A stretch of DNA of 64,000 nt, taken from contig JBGAIQ010000025.1 of assembly GCA_044225365.1 (NCBI GenBank), positions 1 to 64,000 on the forward strand, in the 5' to 3' direction. A program made the position numbers and the translations under genes. The notes under the pieces were generated by a model. That model did no database searches and had not been told where the DNA came from. It saw nothing but the letters and a program-made list of their open reading frames with translations. The first letter of the stretch is position 1. Each line of letters begins with the position of its first letter. Of the stretch, positions 1 through 10,234 are shown in pieces. This stretch comes from Planctomycetota bacterium (GTDB taxonomy: Bacteria; Planctomycetota; B15-G4; JADJEK01).

Positions 1-360
1 CCAGTTCGCGGCCCGAGCGAGAGGCCCGTGCGGCCTGAGCGCAACGCCCCCTCGGCATCTCATGAGACTGCCGGGCGGAGCCCGGCGCTCCTTATTGAAT
101 CTCTTCTCCCCCCTTCGCTCCTAGAGGGAAGCGCGAGCGGGAGTCCGTTCGCGAAGCATGCGCGGTCCGCCGCGCGCGGAGTCGAACGGAGCTCCCCGAG
201 CGCACACCTCGTAGAGCGCAAACACTACGCCGCCGCAGGCGACACCAACACAGTGCCCGCACGGCTGGCGGGCGAACGCCAGGACGGCCCCGCGGCCGGA
301 GCCATATGGGGGCCAGTTCGCGGCCCGAGCGAAAGGCCCGCGCGGCCTGAGCGCAACGCC
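1..360. repeat. Two 48-bp direct repeats (1-48 and 313-360), with a REP-like palindrome at 70-91 between them
   Basis: CCAGTTCGCGGCCCGAGCGA(G/A)AGGCCCG(T/C)GCGGCCTGAGCGCAACGCC occurs twice with 2 mismatches. GCCGGGCGGAGCCCGGCGCTCC at 70-91 matches the reverse complement of the element at 41719-41740 with one mismatch. Confidence 0.85.
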
Positions 361-371
361 TCCTATGCGCC

Positions 372-1886
372 TCACCGCAAATTATCGTCTCGATACGTCC
401 GGTAGATGGGCGGGATGTAGCGGAGCTTGGCTTCTCGGAGTTTCGGGACGAGGTCGGCGGGGACGTCGATCATGTACTTCACGGTGTCGACCATGCGCTC
501 GTAGCTCGTGAGCGTGATCTCGAAGTGCGGGACGTCCTTCTCCCAGCGCGTGCGGACGAAGACCTGCTCGAGGCCGCGCTCATGGGAGTTGGTCGCGAGG
601 AGTTTGTCGCCGCTCGGATGGACGAGGTAGGCGAATCCCGGATAGGGGCCGCGCGCGAGCAGGAGCTTGCGCTGTTCCGCGGGTTCGCCGGCCGAGAGGA
701 TCCCCACGCCGAATCCGTGCAGCGTGTAGTCCTCGTTCGGAACGAGCAGCGAGATCGGAAGGTTGCCGAACACGAAGTGCTCGCCGTCGAGATTCACGTG
801 GATCTCGATGTACTCGGTCTTCTCCGCCTTCGGATCGCGATCCGTGGTCCACCACGTGTAGCTGGTCTTCGGATCGACGAGGAAGATCTCGGCGTCCTTC
901 GCCTTCGCGAGGAACGAGAAGTCGAATTTCCGACGCGTCGCGAAGCTGTACTTGCCGGGCGGTTGAAACTCCGAGAGGAGCGTTTCCTTGGTGGTGAGAT
1001 CGGAGAGCTTCTCCGGCTTCACGAGCTTGCCGTCCTTCTCCACCATCGCGAATCCGCGCCCGAGTTTGCGGCGCGAACCCTGCGAGGAGTAACCAGCCTT
1101 CGCGTCGGGCGCGAGAGTGGCGCTCACTTTGCCGAGCGACTGCTTCACGGTGCGCAGGCGATCGAGATCGACGCCGCGATCGGCCTTGTCGAATTGGAGC
1201 GCCTTCTCGACGAAGTCTCGCGGCAAGGCGTTCACCCGCGCGACGAGATCGTAGTAGCGATCGTTCGGAAAGCCGAACCAGGCGTGATAGATCTCGCCCG
1301 AGGTATCGACGGCGTTGAACTCCCAGAGACCCGGGCCGAGGCAATTGTTCGTGAACGACATCCGGTTCGGCATGTAGTTCGGGTTCGCCTTGAATTCGTA
1401 GTCGTTGCCGCGCTTCCAAGGCGACGCGGTCTCGTCGAACTTGCTCTCGAAATGCGTCATCGAGTCCTTCGAGCTGCCCCGTGGGAAGTCGATGGAGTTG
1501 CGCGAATACTCGGCGAGCATCAGGTTGAAGGCATCGAAGTCGTCCGGCGGATTCGCCGGCGAATAGTGCAGGCGCGGCACGAGCTGATCGAGCGGGACGT
1601 TTTCGTAGGTGACCGTCTCGCCCGTCTTCTTGCTCTTCAGGACGATGCGCGCCGAGTCGTCGCCGCGGATCTGGATGTCGAGGCCGTCGATCGCCTCGAG
1701 GTCGTGCTTGCCCCGCAACAGCGATTGCGTCTCCGGCGTGAAGAGCGCACCGGAGTCGTTCTTGTCCTCGAGCGTCGACTTGATCTCGAGATCGTCGATC
1801 TCGACCTTCGTCGTGTTGCACGCGGTCACGCAGAGACCCATCGACAAGAGGAGGAGCGCGGCGCCTTCTGGTCTCGAGAGTTTCAT
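372..1886 (-). CDS. Hypothetical lipoprotein (~504 aa)
   Basis: ATG at 1886 overlaps the upstream stop (ATGA coupling); lipobox-like LLLLSMGLCVTAC; protein-like composition; no family recognised. Confidence 0.8.
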   Translation of the reverse strand: MKLSRPEGAALLLLSMGLCVTACNTTKVEIDDLEIKSTLEDKNDSGALFTPETQSLLRGKHDLEAIDGLDIQIRGDDSARIVLKSKKTGETVTYENVPLDQLVPRLHYSPANPPDDFDAFNLMLAEYSRNSIDFPRGSSKDSMTHFESKFDETASPWKRGNDYEFKANPNYMPNRMSFTNNCLGPGLWEFNAVDTSGEIYHAWFGFPNDRYYDLVARVNALPRDFVEKALQFDKADRGVDLDRLRTVKQSLGKVSATLAPDAKAGYSSQGSRRKLGRGFAMVEKDGKLVKPEKLSDLTTKETLLSEFQPPGKYSFATRRKFDFSFLAKAKDAEIFLVDPKTSYTWWTTDRDPKAEKTEYIEIHVNLDGEHFVFGNLPISLLVPNEDYTLHGFGVGILSAGEPAEQRKLLLARGPYPGFAYLVHPSGDKLLATNSHERGLEQVFVRTRWEKDVPHFEITLTSYERMVDTVKYMIDVPADLVPKLREAKLRYIPPIYRTYRDDNLR

Positions 1887-4585
1887 CGCGCGACTCCTTG
1901 CGAACGAACGATCGTCACGGTCTGGTCCACCACTCCGCCGAGTTCGTGGCGCGTCACGGTTCGGTTCTTGTCCGGCCATCGCACTTCGACGAAATCCGCC
2001 TTCTCCGATCCCAGGCCGACGAGCACCGGCACGAGTGCGGTCGAGACGAAGCTGCCATCGCTCGCGCGGTGGTAGCGCAGATGCTTGCCGTTCACGACGA
2101 CCTTGGCGCCGAGCGCGTCCTTGTTCAGCGTCCCGCTGTCATCGACGAGCGAGAGCTTGATCCAGTGGCCGCCGGTCGTCGGACCGTAGCGATTGAGGAA
2201 GAGTCGCGTCGAGCCCGGCTCGTAGTTCGTGGGCGCGGGGAACGACGGATGATGCGAGGGTACGACCTGCGCCTTCCCGTCGATCATCGCCTTCAGGTTC
2301 TGGGCTTTGCTGCTGCGACTGTCGTATCCGCCCTTGTTGCGGACCAGGATGTCGGCGAAGCCGTCGCCATTGAGATCGACGCCGAGAGCCGCGCGAGCAT
2401 TCTCACCGGCCTGCAGCATGTCCTGATTGATGATCCGCTCCTGGATCATGGGACCGTTCGTCGACCAGACGCTGCGATCGTAGCTGTAGACGACATCGCG
2501 CTTCGGCCACGCCTGGGTCGGCGCCTGGCGCCAGATGTAGCCTTCGTCCGCGAGCGTCTCGTAGTGGAGCTCCTGGATGTTGAAGACGTGGTACTCGGCG
2601 GTCTCGTCGACGAACCGAAGCGTGCTCGCCTTGTCGTCGGTCTCGTTCACGAGGAGGCGGCCGGGATTCAGCCCCATCGCGCTCATGAATCCACCGCGCG
2701 CGGACAGGCCGCCCACGATGTAGAGGTCGACCTTGCCGTCGTTCTGGACGTCGAGCGCCGGACTGCCCCACGCGAACTCGTAGGGATCGAGTGACGTCTC
2801 GTCGAACAGGTTCTTCTTCTTCAGGGATTCGTAGAGCGGGTGGACCATGTTGGTCGGGATCGTCGTGTCCGGCGGGAGGACCGTCGAGTGATCGACCTGT
2901 GTTGCGAACTCCTTGTGGCGATCGGAGCCGTCGAGGATCGCGTGCGTGGCATCCACCGAGTCGGTGAAGAACTGGCGAATCGCCTCTTCCACCATGATCG
3001 GCGGATCGAACACGAGATTCATCGGAAACGTCGACATCGACGCATTGAGCACGCCGCCGCCCGAGTTGCCGCAGTAGAGATCCTCGCGCAGGTCGTTGTT
3101 GAAGTCGGCCGCCGCGAAGCTCATCCAGTTGCCGCCGCGCGGCGTCCGCGCGTGCTCCCACTTCTTGAACGCGATCGCACCGTTGCTGCTCTCGTTGTGG
3201 AACAGCGTGAGCGCCCCGCCCATATCGTCTCCGACCCATAGGTCCATCAGGCCGTCGTCGTCGATATCGTTCACGACAGAGCACCAACTGATCTGGCCGT
3301 GCTCGCATTCGACGCCGTTCATCACGATGTACTTCGGCTTGTACGGCTCTACCGTGCGAAGCATCAAAGACATCCAGTCCGGCAGCAGGGGATACCGCTT
3401 CATGCGGTAGTAGTCGGGCATCGGGTTGTCTTCGTCGTACACGTTGTCGACGTTGATGTCCTTCGCGATGTCCTTGAAGGAGAGGGTGCCCGTCTCCATC
3501 AGCATGTTTCGGAACAGGCAGTTCGCGGCACCCGCGAGCAGCGGGCTGCTTCCGACCCAACAGTCCTCGTCCATGCGATTCGTCTCGAAGACGTCGAGAT
3601 CGCCGTCGAGATCGAAGTCGCAGACCGTGAGCGACGTCGTGGGCCGCTTGCTCTCGATCCCGGTCTCGCGGGAGACGTCCTTCCACTCCGGAAGGCCATC
3701 GCCATCCTGATCCCCCATGTTGAGGAAGAGCGACGAGGCCGCTTCCGGCTCGTCGCCACGACTGCTCTTGCGACGATCGTCGACGCTGATGCGCGGATCG
3801 CAGTGGACGAGCGATTCACCGAGGGGCGTCATCGGCGAGACCGATTCGCGCACTTGGCGACCGATCGGATCGATGAACTGGGTCTGGATGCCGCGCGTCT
3901 GCGGGTCCGACCACACCATGCCCGTGGGCTTCGCCGCGACCAGGAGGTCGGGCCGTCCGTCCCCGTTGAAGTCCGCCGCTACCGCCGTGGTGGCTGCGCG
4001 ACCGAAACGCTCCGTCGAATCGTCGGCGCTCTCGCGCGGGAATAGGTAGTTCTCGACGAGGAGCTCCTCCTTCTGGAACTGCGGGTTGCCCTTCGCGAGT
4101 TCCTTCACCGACTTGAAGATCGGCTTGCCCTTCTCGTCGTTCCCCTGGTTGAGGTAGAGCATGCTCGCCATGTAGCGCGGCTTGTCCACGATGACGCCAT
4201 TCGCATCGGTCGGGCGAGTCCAGTTCTGGCCGTCCTGGCAGAAGTAGACATCGGGCTTCCCGTCGCCGTTCGCGTCGAAGACGCACGCGCCGTCGCCGTC
4301 GAGCATCGAGAACAGATTCGACCAGTCCTTCGCGTCGTCGTCGAACGCATCGATCTCCTCGAAGGGAACGATGCCGTCGAGCTTCACCTTGCGCTCGGCG
4401 TTCTTCGCCGCCGTCGCATTCAGCTCCTTCAGCACGTCGATCTGGTTCTGACCATCGAAGTCGACCATCGCGGCGCCGAAGTATTTCGGGATGTGACACC
4501 CGCAGATCGCGAGCAGCGACCCGCTGAGTGCTGCACGAAGAACGCAACTCGAGCGCGAAGCCCTGGCGGGCGTTCGGTTCGTCAT
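1883..4585 (-). CDS. CRTAC1 / FG-GAP repeat protein with C-terminal ASPIC/UnbV domain, likely lipoprotein
   Basis: Repeated DxNxDGxxD motifs (DANGDGKPDV, DFNGDGRPDL, DFDLDGDLDV, DLNGDGFADI); C-terminal ALGAKV...VGLG...VEVRWP; N-terminal LLAICGC. Start chosen at MTNRTP. Confidence 0.85.
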   Translation of the reverse strand: MTNRTPARASRSSCVLRAALSGSLLAICGCHIPKYFGAAMVDFDGQNQIDVLKELNATAAKNAERKVKLDGIVPFEEIDAFDDDAKDWSNLFSMLDGDGACVFDANGDGKPDVYFCQDGQNWTRPTDANGVIVDKPRYMASMLYLNQGNDEKGKPIFKSVKELAKGNPQFQKEELLVENYLFPRESADDSTERFGRAATTAVAADFNGDGRPDLLVAAKPTGMVWSDPQTRGIQTQFIDPIGRQVRESVSPMTPLGESLVHCDPRISVDDRRKSSRGDEPEAASSLFLNMGDQDGDGLPEWKDVSRETGIESKRPTTSLTVCDFDLDGDLDVFETNRMDEDCWVGSSPLLAGAANCLFRNMLMETGTLSFKDIAKDINVDNVYDEDNPMPDYYRMKRYPLLPDWMSLMLRTVEPYKPKYIVMNGVECEHGQISWCSVVNDIDDDGLMDLWVGDDMGGALTLFHNESSNGAIAFKKWEHARTPRGGNWMSFAAADFNNDLREDLYCGNSGGGVLNASMSTFPMNLVFDPPIMVEEAIRQFFTDSVDATHAILDGSDRHKEFATQVDHSTVLPPDTTIPTNMVHPLYESLKKKNLFDETSLDPYEFAWGSPALDVQNDGKVDLYIVGGLSARGGFMSAMGLNPGRLLVNETDDKASTLRFVDETAEYHVFNIQELHYETLADEGYIWRQAPTQAWPKRDVVYSYDRSVWSTNGPMIQERIINQDMLQAGENARAALGVDLNGDGFADILVRNKGGYDSRSSKAQNLKAMIDGKAQVVPSHHPSFPAPTNYEPGSTRLFLNRYGPTTGGHWIKLSLVDDSGTLNKDALGAKVVVNGKHLRYHRASDGSFVSTALVPVLVGLGSEKADFVEVRWPDKNRTVTRHELGGVVDQTVTIVRSQGVAR

Positions 4586-4834
4586 GAGGAACTCCTGACC
4601 ATTCGATTCACGGATTCGTAGAGCCTGCCCGGCTGGACGATGCGGAACACTGCGACCACCGAGTGTAGCGGCGCACCGCACTCGTCAAAGAAAACGTGTG
4701 AGCGGCCGAGCTTCGTGGCTTCGAACCGGGGCAATCCGTCGCACGTCGCCATCGCATCCGCTGCGCGCCCGCGATATCCTCGAAGCTCGTTCACATCGAA
4801 CCTGCCCCGGACGGGGATCGCGGAGAACGCAGAG

Positions 4835-5914
4835 ATGGCGGCGGCTCGGCATCACTTCAAGGTCGGCTTGTTCGTCGTACTGCTCACGATCGGATGCGCT
4901 GCATTCCTGATTTGGATCGGTTCGACCGGTGTGGGTACGAAGGACACCGTCCCCGTCGCCGTCTTCTTCAATGAGTCGGTCCAGGGGCTCTCCGAGGGGT
5001 CGGAGGTGAAGTACCGCGGCTTCAAGATCGGGGAGGTCACCACGATCGACGTCGCGTCGGACAGGAAGCACCTCGAGGTGAAGTGTCTGCTGCGGCGCGA
5101 TTTCGCGGAGAAGATCGGCGTCCTCGCGGGCAAGCCCGACCCGAAGAACCCGGGAATCGCGATGGCCGATGCCGTCGTCGCGAGTCTCGTGTCCTCAGGA
5201 CTGACCGGCCTCAAGTTCGTCGACATCGATCTCCCCGCAAGGATGCCGGAGAGCGCCCTCGGGGTGCCCGATGGCGTGACGGTCCCGGACGGCGTCAGCA
5301 TCGTCCTGCCTTCGACGCCATCGACATTGAAGAGCGTGGAGATCGCGGTCAACGATGCCTTGGACGCCGTAAAGATGCACGGCCCCAACGTCGGCGGCAT
5401 CATCGACGGTCTCTATCAATTCCTCGACTCCTTGAACAAGACCGGCGTCACACAGCAAGCGACCGACACGATCAAGCACCTCGACGAACGCATCGGCCAA
5501 CTCGACACCAAAGGTCTCTCGGATTCGGCGAACGGCCTGTTCACCGAGGTCGGAAAGGCCGTCGCCGGCGCCAACACGACGATCAGCGACCTCGCCGCCG
5601 AGAATGGCGACATCCGTCGCACGGTCCGTCAGATCGAGAGTTCCGCGCGGACGCTGTCGGACGAGGTCAAGTCCGCGGATCTGCCCAACACGACGATCGC
5701 CGTGCGCGACAGCGCGGATCGAGTCGGCAAGGCCGCCGATGCCGTCGCGGGCGCCGCGACCCAGCTCACGAGCATCCTCGGCGAATTGGATCTCACGCTC
5801 CGCTCGGTGCGCGCCACCGTCGACGAACTACGCGGCCTCGTGATCGTCGTCGAACAGGATCCGAGCGCGCTGCTGTTCGGCCGCGACTACCGAACGGGGC
5901 CGCCCAAGAAGTAG
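4835..5914 (+). CDS. MlaD/MCE family lipid-transport protein
   Basis: N-terminal TM (KVGLFVVLL); MCE motif FNESVQGLSEGSEVKYRGFKIGEV...GLTGLKFVDI; helical tail ending DPSALLFGR. Confidence 0.9.
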   Translation: MAAARHHFKVGLFVVLLTIGCAAFLIWIGSTGVGTKDTVPVAVFFNESVQGLSEGSEVKYRGFKIGEVTTIDVASDRKHLEVKCLLRRDFAEKIGVLAGKPDPKNPGIAMADAVVASLVSSGLTGLKFVDIDLPARMPESALGVPDGVTVPDGVSIVLPSTPSTLKSVEIAVNDALDAVKMHGPNVGGIIDGLYQFLDSLNKTGVTQQATDTIKHLDERIGQLDTKGLSDSANGLFTEVGKAVAGANTTISDLAAENGDIRRTVRQIESSARTLSDEVKSADLPNTTIAVRDSADRVGKAADAVAGAATQLTSILGELDLTLRSVRATVDELRGLVIVVEQDPSALLFGRDYRTGPPKK

Positions 5915-7458
5915 GTTCGACGCGCGGGATGCACCTCGTCGAACCAGACGACGGCGTCATAGGAATCCGTGGGAACGACCTGGAACTTCACGGGGCCGAT
6001 CCACGTGAGTTGCGGCGCGACGAGCCATGACAAGACGCCGGACGGCGGCGGCATTCGCAGGGGTGGCTCGATCCCGAGCACGAACGAATCGATCCCCGCG
6101 GCCGCGAGCTGCGCCTCGAACGAGGGAGATCGGCGACTCTGCTCGTCGCGAAGGGTCGTGAGCTCGCGGTCGGGATCCACGAAGCGCCCGGCCGTGCCGG
6201 CGATGACGACGTAGCGATCCATGAATCGCCGGGCGAGGAAGTAGCCCTCCCCGGCCGAGCTTCCCGAGTCCTCTAGGCCGCGCGCGCGATCGAGATGGGC
6301 GGTCGCCGCGAAGTCGAAGGTCTTGCCATAGCGCTGGGCGAGGTATGCGACGTTGTCGGCGAGGTGCTCCTCACGCGACTCACGGCCCGCGAGATAGGTC
6401 GCGAGTTCGGCGGTCGTGTAGTCTCGATCCGTGATCTGCACGTGGGGCATCGGAGGCAGGGGACGCCTCCCCGCCGAATAGACGCGTTCGAGATATTCGA
6501 GCGAAGTGTCGCCGCCGTTGGTGCGGCCGTACATCACGCCATGCGTATTTCGGGATTCGAGGTCCTGCCACATCTGCTGGGCGACCACGATCGTGCGCTG
6601 CGCCCAATCGAAGTCGTCCTCGCCCGTCGTGCCGATCCACTCGGCGCGATGATCCTCCATGAAGGCGAGCACCGCTTCGATCTCGGCGCCGATCTCGGCA
6701 TGTTCCGCGTCGCCGAGTTGGTCGTAGCCGAGCGAGCAAACCGCATCGAGATGATCGGGATCGATGTGATCGGCCCCCACCTTCTCGCGGAGGGTCTGCT
6801 CGACGAAGTCGACGACCGCGGCTGCCTTCACCGCGAGCGCATCGAGCCTCGCGAGCCGCTCGCCCGCACCGACACGCTCGAAATACGGCTTCGCGAGAGC
6901 GAGGGGAACGGTCAGCGTATCGCCTCGGACGGAGAGGTCCTTCCCACCCCAATGCACCAGGGGCCGACCCGCGAGCGCCGCTTCCTGGTTGAACTCCTTG
7001 ACCCACGTGACGAGCGCCCGCGCCTCCTCGAACTCGCCCATGCGGTGAGTGAATCCCTCGCGCATCACGTCGTCGAGGACGAGTCCGCTGTCGCCCCGCA
7101 CATCGGTCACGTAGCGGTCGACGACGCGCGCCTCGAGGATCCCCGTCTCGAGAGTGATCGCGCGAACGTCGTGCGTCCGCACGAGGTGTTCGACGAGTGC
7201 GTTTCTAAATTCAGCGAACTCGCGGAAACCGTGATCCGGCTCTCCGAAACCGATCACCAGCGCATCGCGGACGATCGAGTCGATCTTCTCGAACGCGGCT
7301 TCCTGGTCCTCGAGTCGCGCGGCGTGCGAGCGGATCCACGTTGCCACCTCTGCATTCACCGACGGGTCGGAAGAGCCGCCGGCGCAAGCGCTCCAAAAGA
7401 GCAGCGAGACACCGACAAGAAACCTCGCGAATCGCGAGTGCGAAGCGTTCCGTCCCAT
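5887..7458 (-). CDS. Erythromycin-esterase-family hydrolase, likely lipoprotein
   Basis: VIGFGEPDHGFREF, AITLETG, REEHLADNV and YDAVVWFDEVHP motifs; LFWSAC lipobox-like. Alternative GTG start at 7482. Confidence 0.8.
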   Translation of the reverse strand: MGRNASHSRFARFLVGVSLLFWSACAGGSSDPSVNAEVATWIRSHAARLEDQEAAFEKIDSIVRDALVIGFGEPDHGFREFAEFRNALVEHLVRTHDVRAITLETGILEARVVDRYVTDVRGDSGLVLDDVMREGFTHRMGEFEEARALVTWVKEFNQEAALAGRPLVHWGGKDLSVRGDTLTVPLALAKPYFERVGAGERLARLDALAVKAAAVVDFVEQTLREKVGADHIDPDHLDAVCSLGYDQLGDAEHAEIGAEIEAVLAFMEDHRAEWIGTTGEDDFDWAQRTIVVAQQMWQDLESRNTHGVMYGRTNGGDTSLEYLERVYSAGRRPLPPMPHVQITDRDYTTAELATYLAGRESREEHLADNVAYLAQRYGKTFDFAATAHLDRARGLEDSGSSAGEGYFLARRFMDRYVVIAGTAGRFVDPDRELTTLRDEQSRRSPSFEAQLAAAGIDSFVLGIEPPLRMPPPSGVLSWLVAPQLTWIGPVKFQVVPTDSYDAVVWFDEVHPARRTYFLGGPVR

Positions 7459-7478
7459 CGGGGGCTCTTTCGGGGTCT

Positions 7479-9110
7479 TCACTGCGCGGCGAGGACGGCT
7501 TTGTCGCCGTCGTAGCGCACTCCGCTCGCCCGGAAGAGCTTCTCGACGAAGACCGACTTGCGCGCGGATTCGGCGTAGTTCGCGAAGATCGATGGTTGCG
7601 TCTTGAAGGCCTTCTTCATGCCCTCTGTCGCTTCCTTCGTCTTGCCGTCGAGCGCGTCGAGCAAGGCGATCCCGAGGAGGGCTCCCGCTCGCGTCTCGGT
7701 CTTCAGCGAGTTCTCGAAGTGGAAACGCGCGACGTCGGCCGTCTCTCCCGGGCGCCCCTCTTCGAGTGCGAGGAGGAGGTTCGAGAATCCGATGCGTTCC
7801 TCGCTGTCGGCGACGGACGGTTGTCCCGTCAGCTTCGAGATCGCGGGCAGCCGCTTCAGATCGTCCTTCGTGATCAGGTTGTTCGCGGCACCGAGCGTCT
7901 CGATGACGACGCGCGCGATCATCGCCTGGCCCTCGACCGAGGGATGCACGTTGTCGAGGATCCAATTGCGGCCGACGATCCCCTGGGGCGAGGCCTCCGC
8001 GAAGCGATTCTCCACGTCTGCAAGCAGCGCCGGCGTCTTGTCCGCCACTTCGCGGACGATCGCATTCAGCTCCGTGGTCGCGCGATTCACTCGCCCGTCG
8101 TAGTCGCGGGCGAGCCGATACTGCTCCTTCGCTTCGGGGAAGCGCTCGAGTCCGTCGAGCGCCTTTCCCCGCGCGTAGTAGATGCCGGCAGGAGTGGCAT
8201 CGATCTTCGCGGCCTGCTCCGCGAGATCGAGCGCGTGCTGGAAGTCGCGGGCCTTCGACGCCGCGATCGACTCCGCGATCAACGCCGTCTCCTTCTCGCG
8301 ATCCTCTCGCGAGAGGTCCGCGCGATAGACGTCCGCCATGGGCGGGAAGTCGCGCATGTTCGACACGCTGGTGCACAGCACGAGTCCGATGTCGCGGCGC
8401 TCGCAGACGTCGACGAACTCGTTCAATCGATCGCGGAAGGCCGACAGCACGAGGCCGTATTCCTTGCCGTCGATCGGGCGATGATCGGGCGCCTTGTCCT
8501 TGATGCTCTCGTTGACCTGCACGACCGGCTCGACGTGGAAGGATCGCAGCACGAGTCGTCGCAACGCCATCTTCTCGACGATTCCCGTCAACTCCCCGAG
8601 GACGGGATGCTCGCTCGACTTCATGAGCGCGCCGACGTTCTTGGGATGGAACTCGTTGTGCGCCGAGTAGAGGACGATCAGGTCGGGCTTCAGATCGACG
8701 ACCTCATGCAGCACTTCGACTTCGCCCGCCGAGTACTGCCCGCCGACTCCTGCCCCGAGCACTTCGAACTTCTGCTCGGGCTTCAGGAGCGAGAGCAAGT
8801 GTTGGATCACGAACGGAAACGCCATTTCCTGGATCGGATGACCCTCGACCGTCGAGCCGCCAATGCAGACGATGCGGATCACGTCGTCCGGCTTCTTCTC
8901 GGCGTAGGGCGGATACCACTTCTTCGGATGCGACGGATCGCGCTGCCAGTAGCGCTCCCCGTTCTTGCCCGTCGTGACGGCGAACAAGCGGCCGCTCGAC
9001 ACGTCGTTCGCGCCCACGATCGCACGCGCCACGAATTCGGCGAGCGAGACCGTCACGAGGGGGAAGCAGATGGCGAGCGCCGCTCGCTGCAGAACGGTTC
9101 GAAACTTCAT
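7479..9110 (-). CDS. Membrane-anchored SGNH/GDSL hydrolase-like protein with TPR repeats
   Basis: IVCIGGSTVEG (block I), YSAHNEF (block III), LDNVHPSVEG (DxxH); TPR-like helices; N-terminal TM. Confidence 0.85.
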   Translation of the reverse strand: MKFRTVLQRAALAICFPLVTVSLAEFVARAIVGANDVSSGRLFAVTTGKNGERYWQRDPSHPKKWYPPYAEKKPDDVIRIVCIGGSTVEGHPIQEMAFPFVIQHLLSLLKPEQKFEVLGAGVGGQYSAGEVEVLHEVVDLKPDLIVLYSAHNEFHPKNVGALMKSSEHPVLGELTGIVEKMALRRLVLRSFHVEPVVQVNESIKDKAPDHRPIDGKEYGLVLSAFRDRLNEFVDVCERRDIGLVLCTSVSNMRDFPPMADVYRADLSREDREKETALIAESIAASKARDFQHALDLAEQAAKIDATPAGIYYARGKALDGLERFPEAKEQYRLARDYDGRVNRATTELNAIVREVADKTPALLADVENRFAEASPQGIVGRNWILDNVHPSVEGQAMIARVVIETLGAANNLITKDDLKRLPAISKLTGQPSVADSEERIGFSNLLLALEEGRPGETADVARFHFENSLKTETRAGALLGIALLDALDGKTKEATEGMKKAFKTQPSIFANYAESARKSVFVEKLFRASGVRYDGDKAVLAAQ

Positions 9111-9212
9111 TCGGATTGCCCAAGACGACGCGCTTGAACACCGGCAGCGCGCCGATCCGTATCGAATCTCGCGCGACAGAATACTCGAAAGAGCGAAAAG
9201 TCGAGCGCGTCG

Positions 9213-10196
9213 TCAGAAGCGCTTCGGCAGGGCGAGCCCGCGCGAGTGGACGACCTTGGCCAGCGTCAGATACCAGAACGCGGGCACGAAGAAGAACAAC
9301 GCGACACCGCCCCATCCGATACGGCTCGCGATGACGATCGGCACGATGAGCCGCGAAGCCATCTCGATCGGCATCAGGTCCTGCGCCATCTTCGGCCAGT
9401 CGTAGCGACGATGCGACAGGAGTCGGAACGAGAAGACGAGCGCCGAGCCCCCGAAGAACGCGAGGGCGATCCACTGTGAACGCGACGTGTCCGGGTCGCG
9501 AGAGAGCGCGAACGCCGCGAGCCCGACGGTGGTCGACTTGAGCAAGAGCCCGAGCGCGACGAACGGCCTGCCGATCACCATCGATTCGCCGTCCGTCGCG
9601 ACGAACCGCTGCGCCAATGTGATCGCCCCCGCGGCCTTGTCGTTCGGCACGTCCTTGAGGCCGCCTTCGATCGCGTTGAAGAACAGGTGCTCGACGAACA
9701 CGATCGCGACGACGATCCACGCGACGAGCGTCACCTCCTCGAACGGAGCCACGGCGAGCGCTCCGACGAGACAAAGGCTCGCGGCGGAGACTCCGAACAA
9801 CAGATCCGATCCGAGCACGTGCTTCGACACGTGGTCGTACACGATCGCGAGGAGCGACGCGACGAGCACGAACGCGAGCGCACGGAACGGAAGCGCCATG
9901 GAGGCGACGAGGAGCATCGAGACCAGCAGGACGCCGATCACGATGCGCGCGGCCCGCGGGGACAGATCGCCTCGCACGAGTACGCGATCGTCCAGCGCCG
10001 GAGTTCGGCGATCGACCTCGAGATCGCACAGATCGTTGTGGGCGAACGTCCACGCCACGAAGAGCACGTTCATGACGAGCAACGCCGCGAGGATGCTTGC
10101 AGGCAGAGCGCGCCCGCACTGAGCAAACGCCGCGAGGAGCGAGATGTACCCGAAGGCGAGATACTCGACGCGGCAGAGTTTGAGGATGGGGATCAT
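9213..10196 (-). CDS. UbiA-family membrane prenyltransferase
   Basis: NDLCDLEVD and KDVPNDKAAGAITL acidic motifs; RVLVRGDLS; many TM helices. Confidence 0.9.
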   Translation of the reverse strand: MIPILKLCRVEYLAFGYISLLAAFAQCGRALPASILAALLVMNVLFVAWTFAHNDLCDLEVDRRTPALDDRVLVRGDLSPRAARIVIGVLLVSMLLVASMALPFRALAFVLVASLLAIVYDHVSKHVLGSDLLFGVSAASLCLVGALAVAPFEEVTLVAWIVVAIVFVEHLFFNAIEGGLKDVPNDKAAGAITLAQRFVATDGESMVIGRPFVALGLLLKSTTVGLAAFALSRDPDTSRSQWIALAFFGGSALVFSFRLLSHRRYDWPKMAQDLMPIEMASRLIVPIVIASRIGWGGVALFFFVPAFWYLTLAKVVHSRGLALPKRF

Positions 10197-10234
10197 GCCG
10201 TCTCGGGTCAGCGCTCCGCACCGACCCCTGCGCT

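Noticed and set aside
5887-7458. Macrolide resistance gene (ereA/ereB)
   Set aside because: Only family-level motifs are present. The family is broad, and the context is a lipoprotein in a biosynthetic operon.
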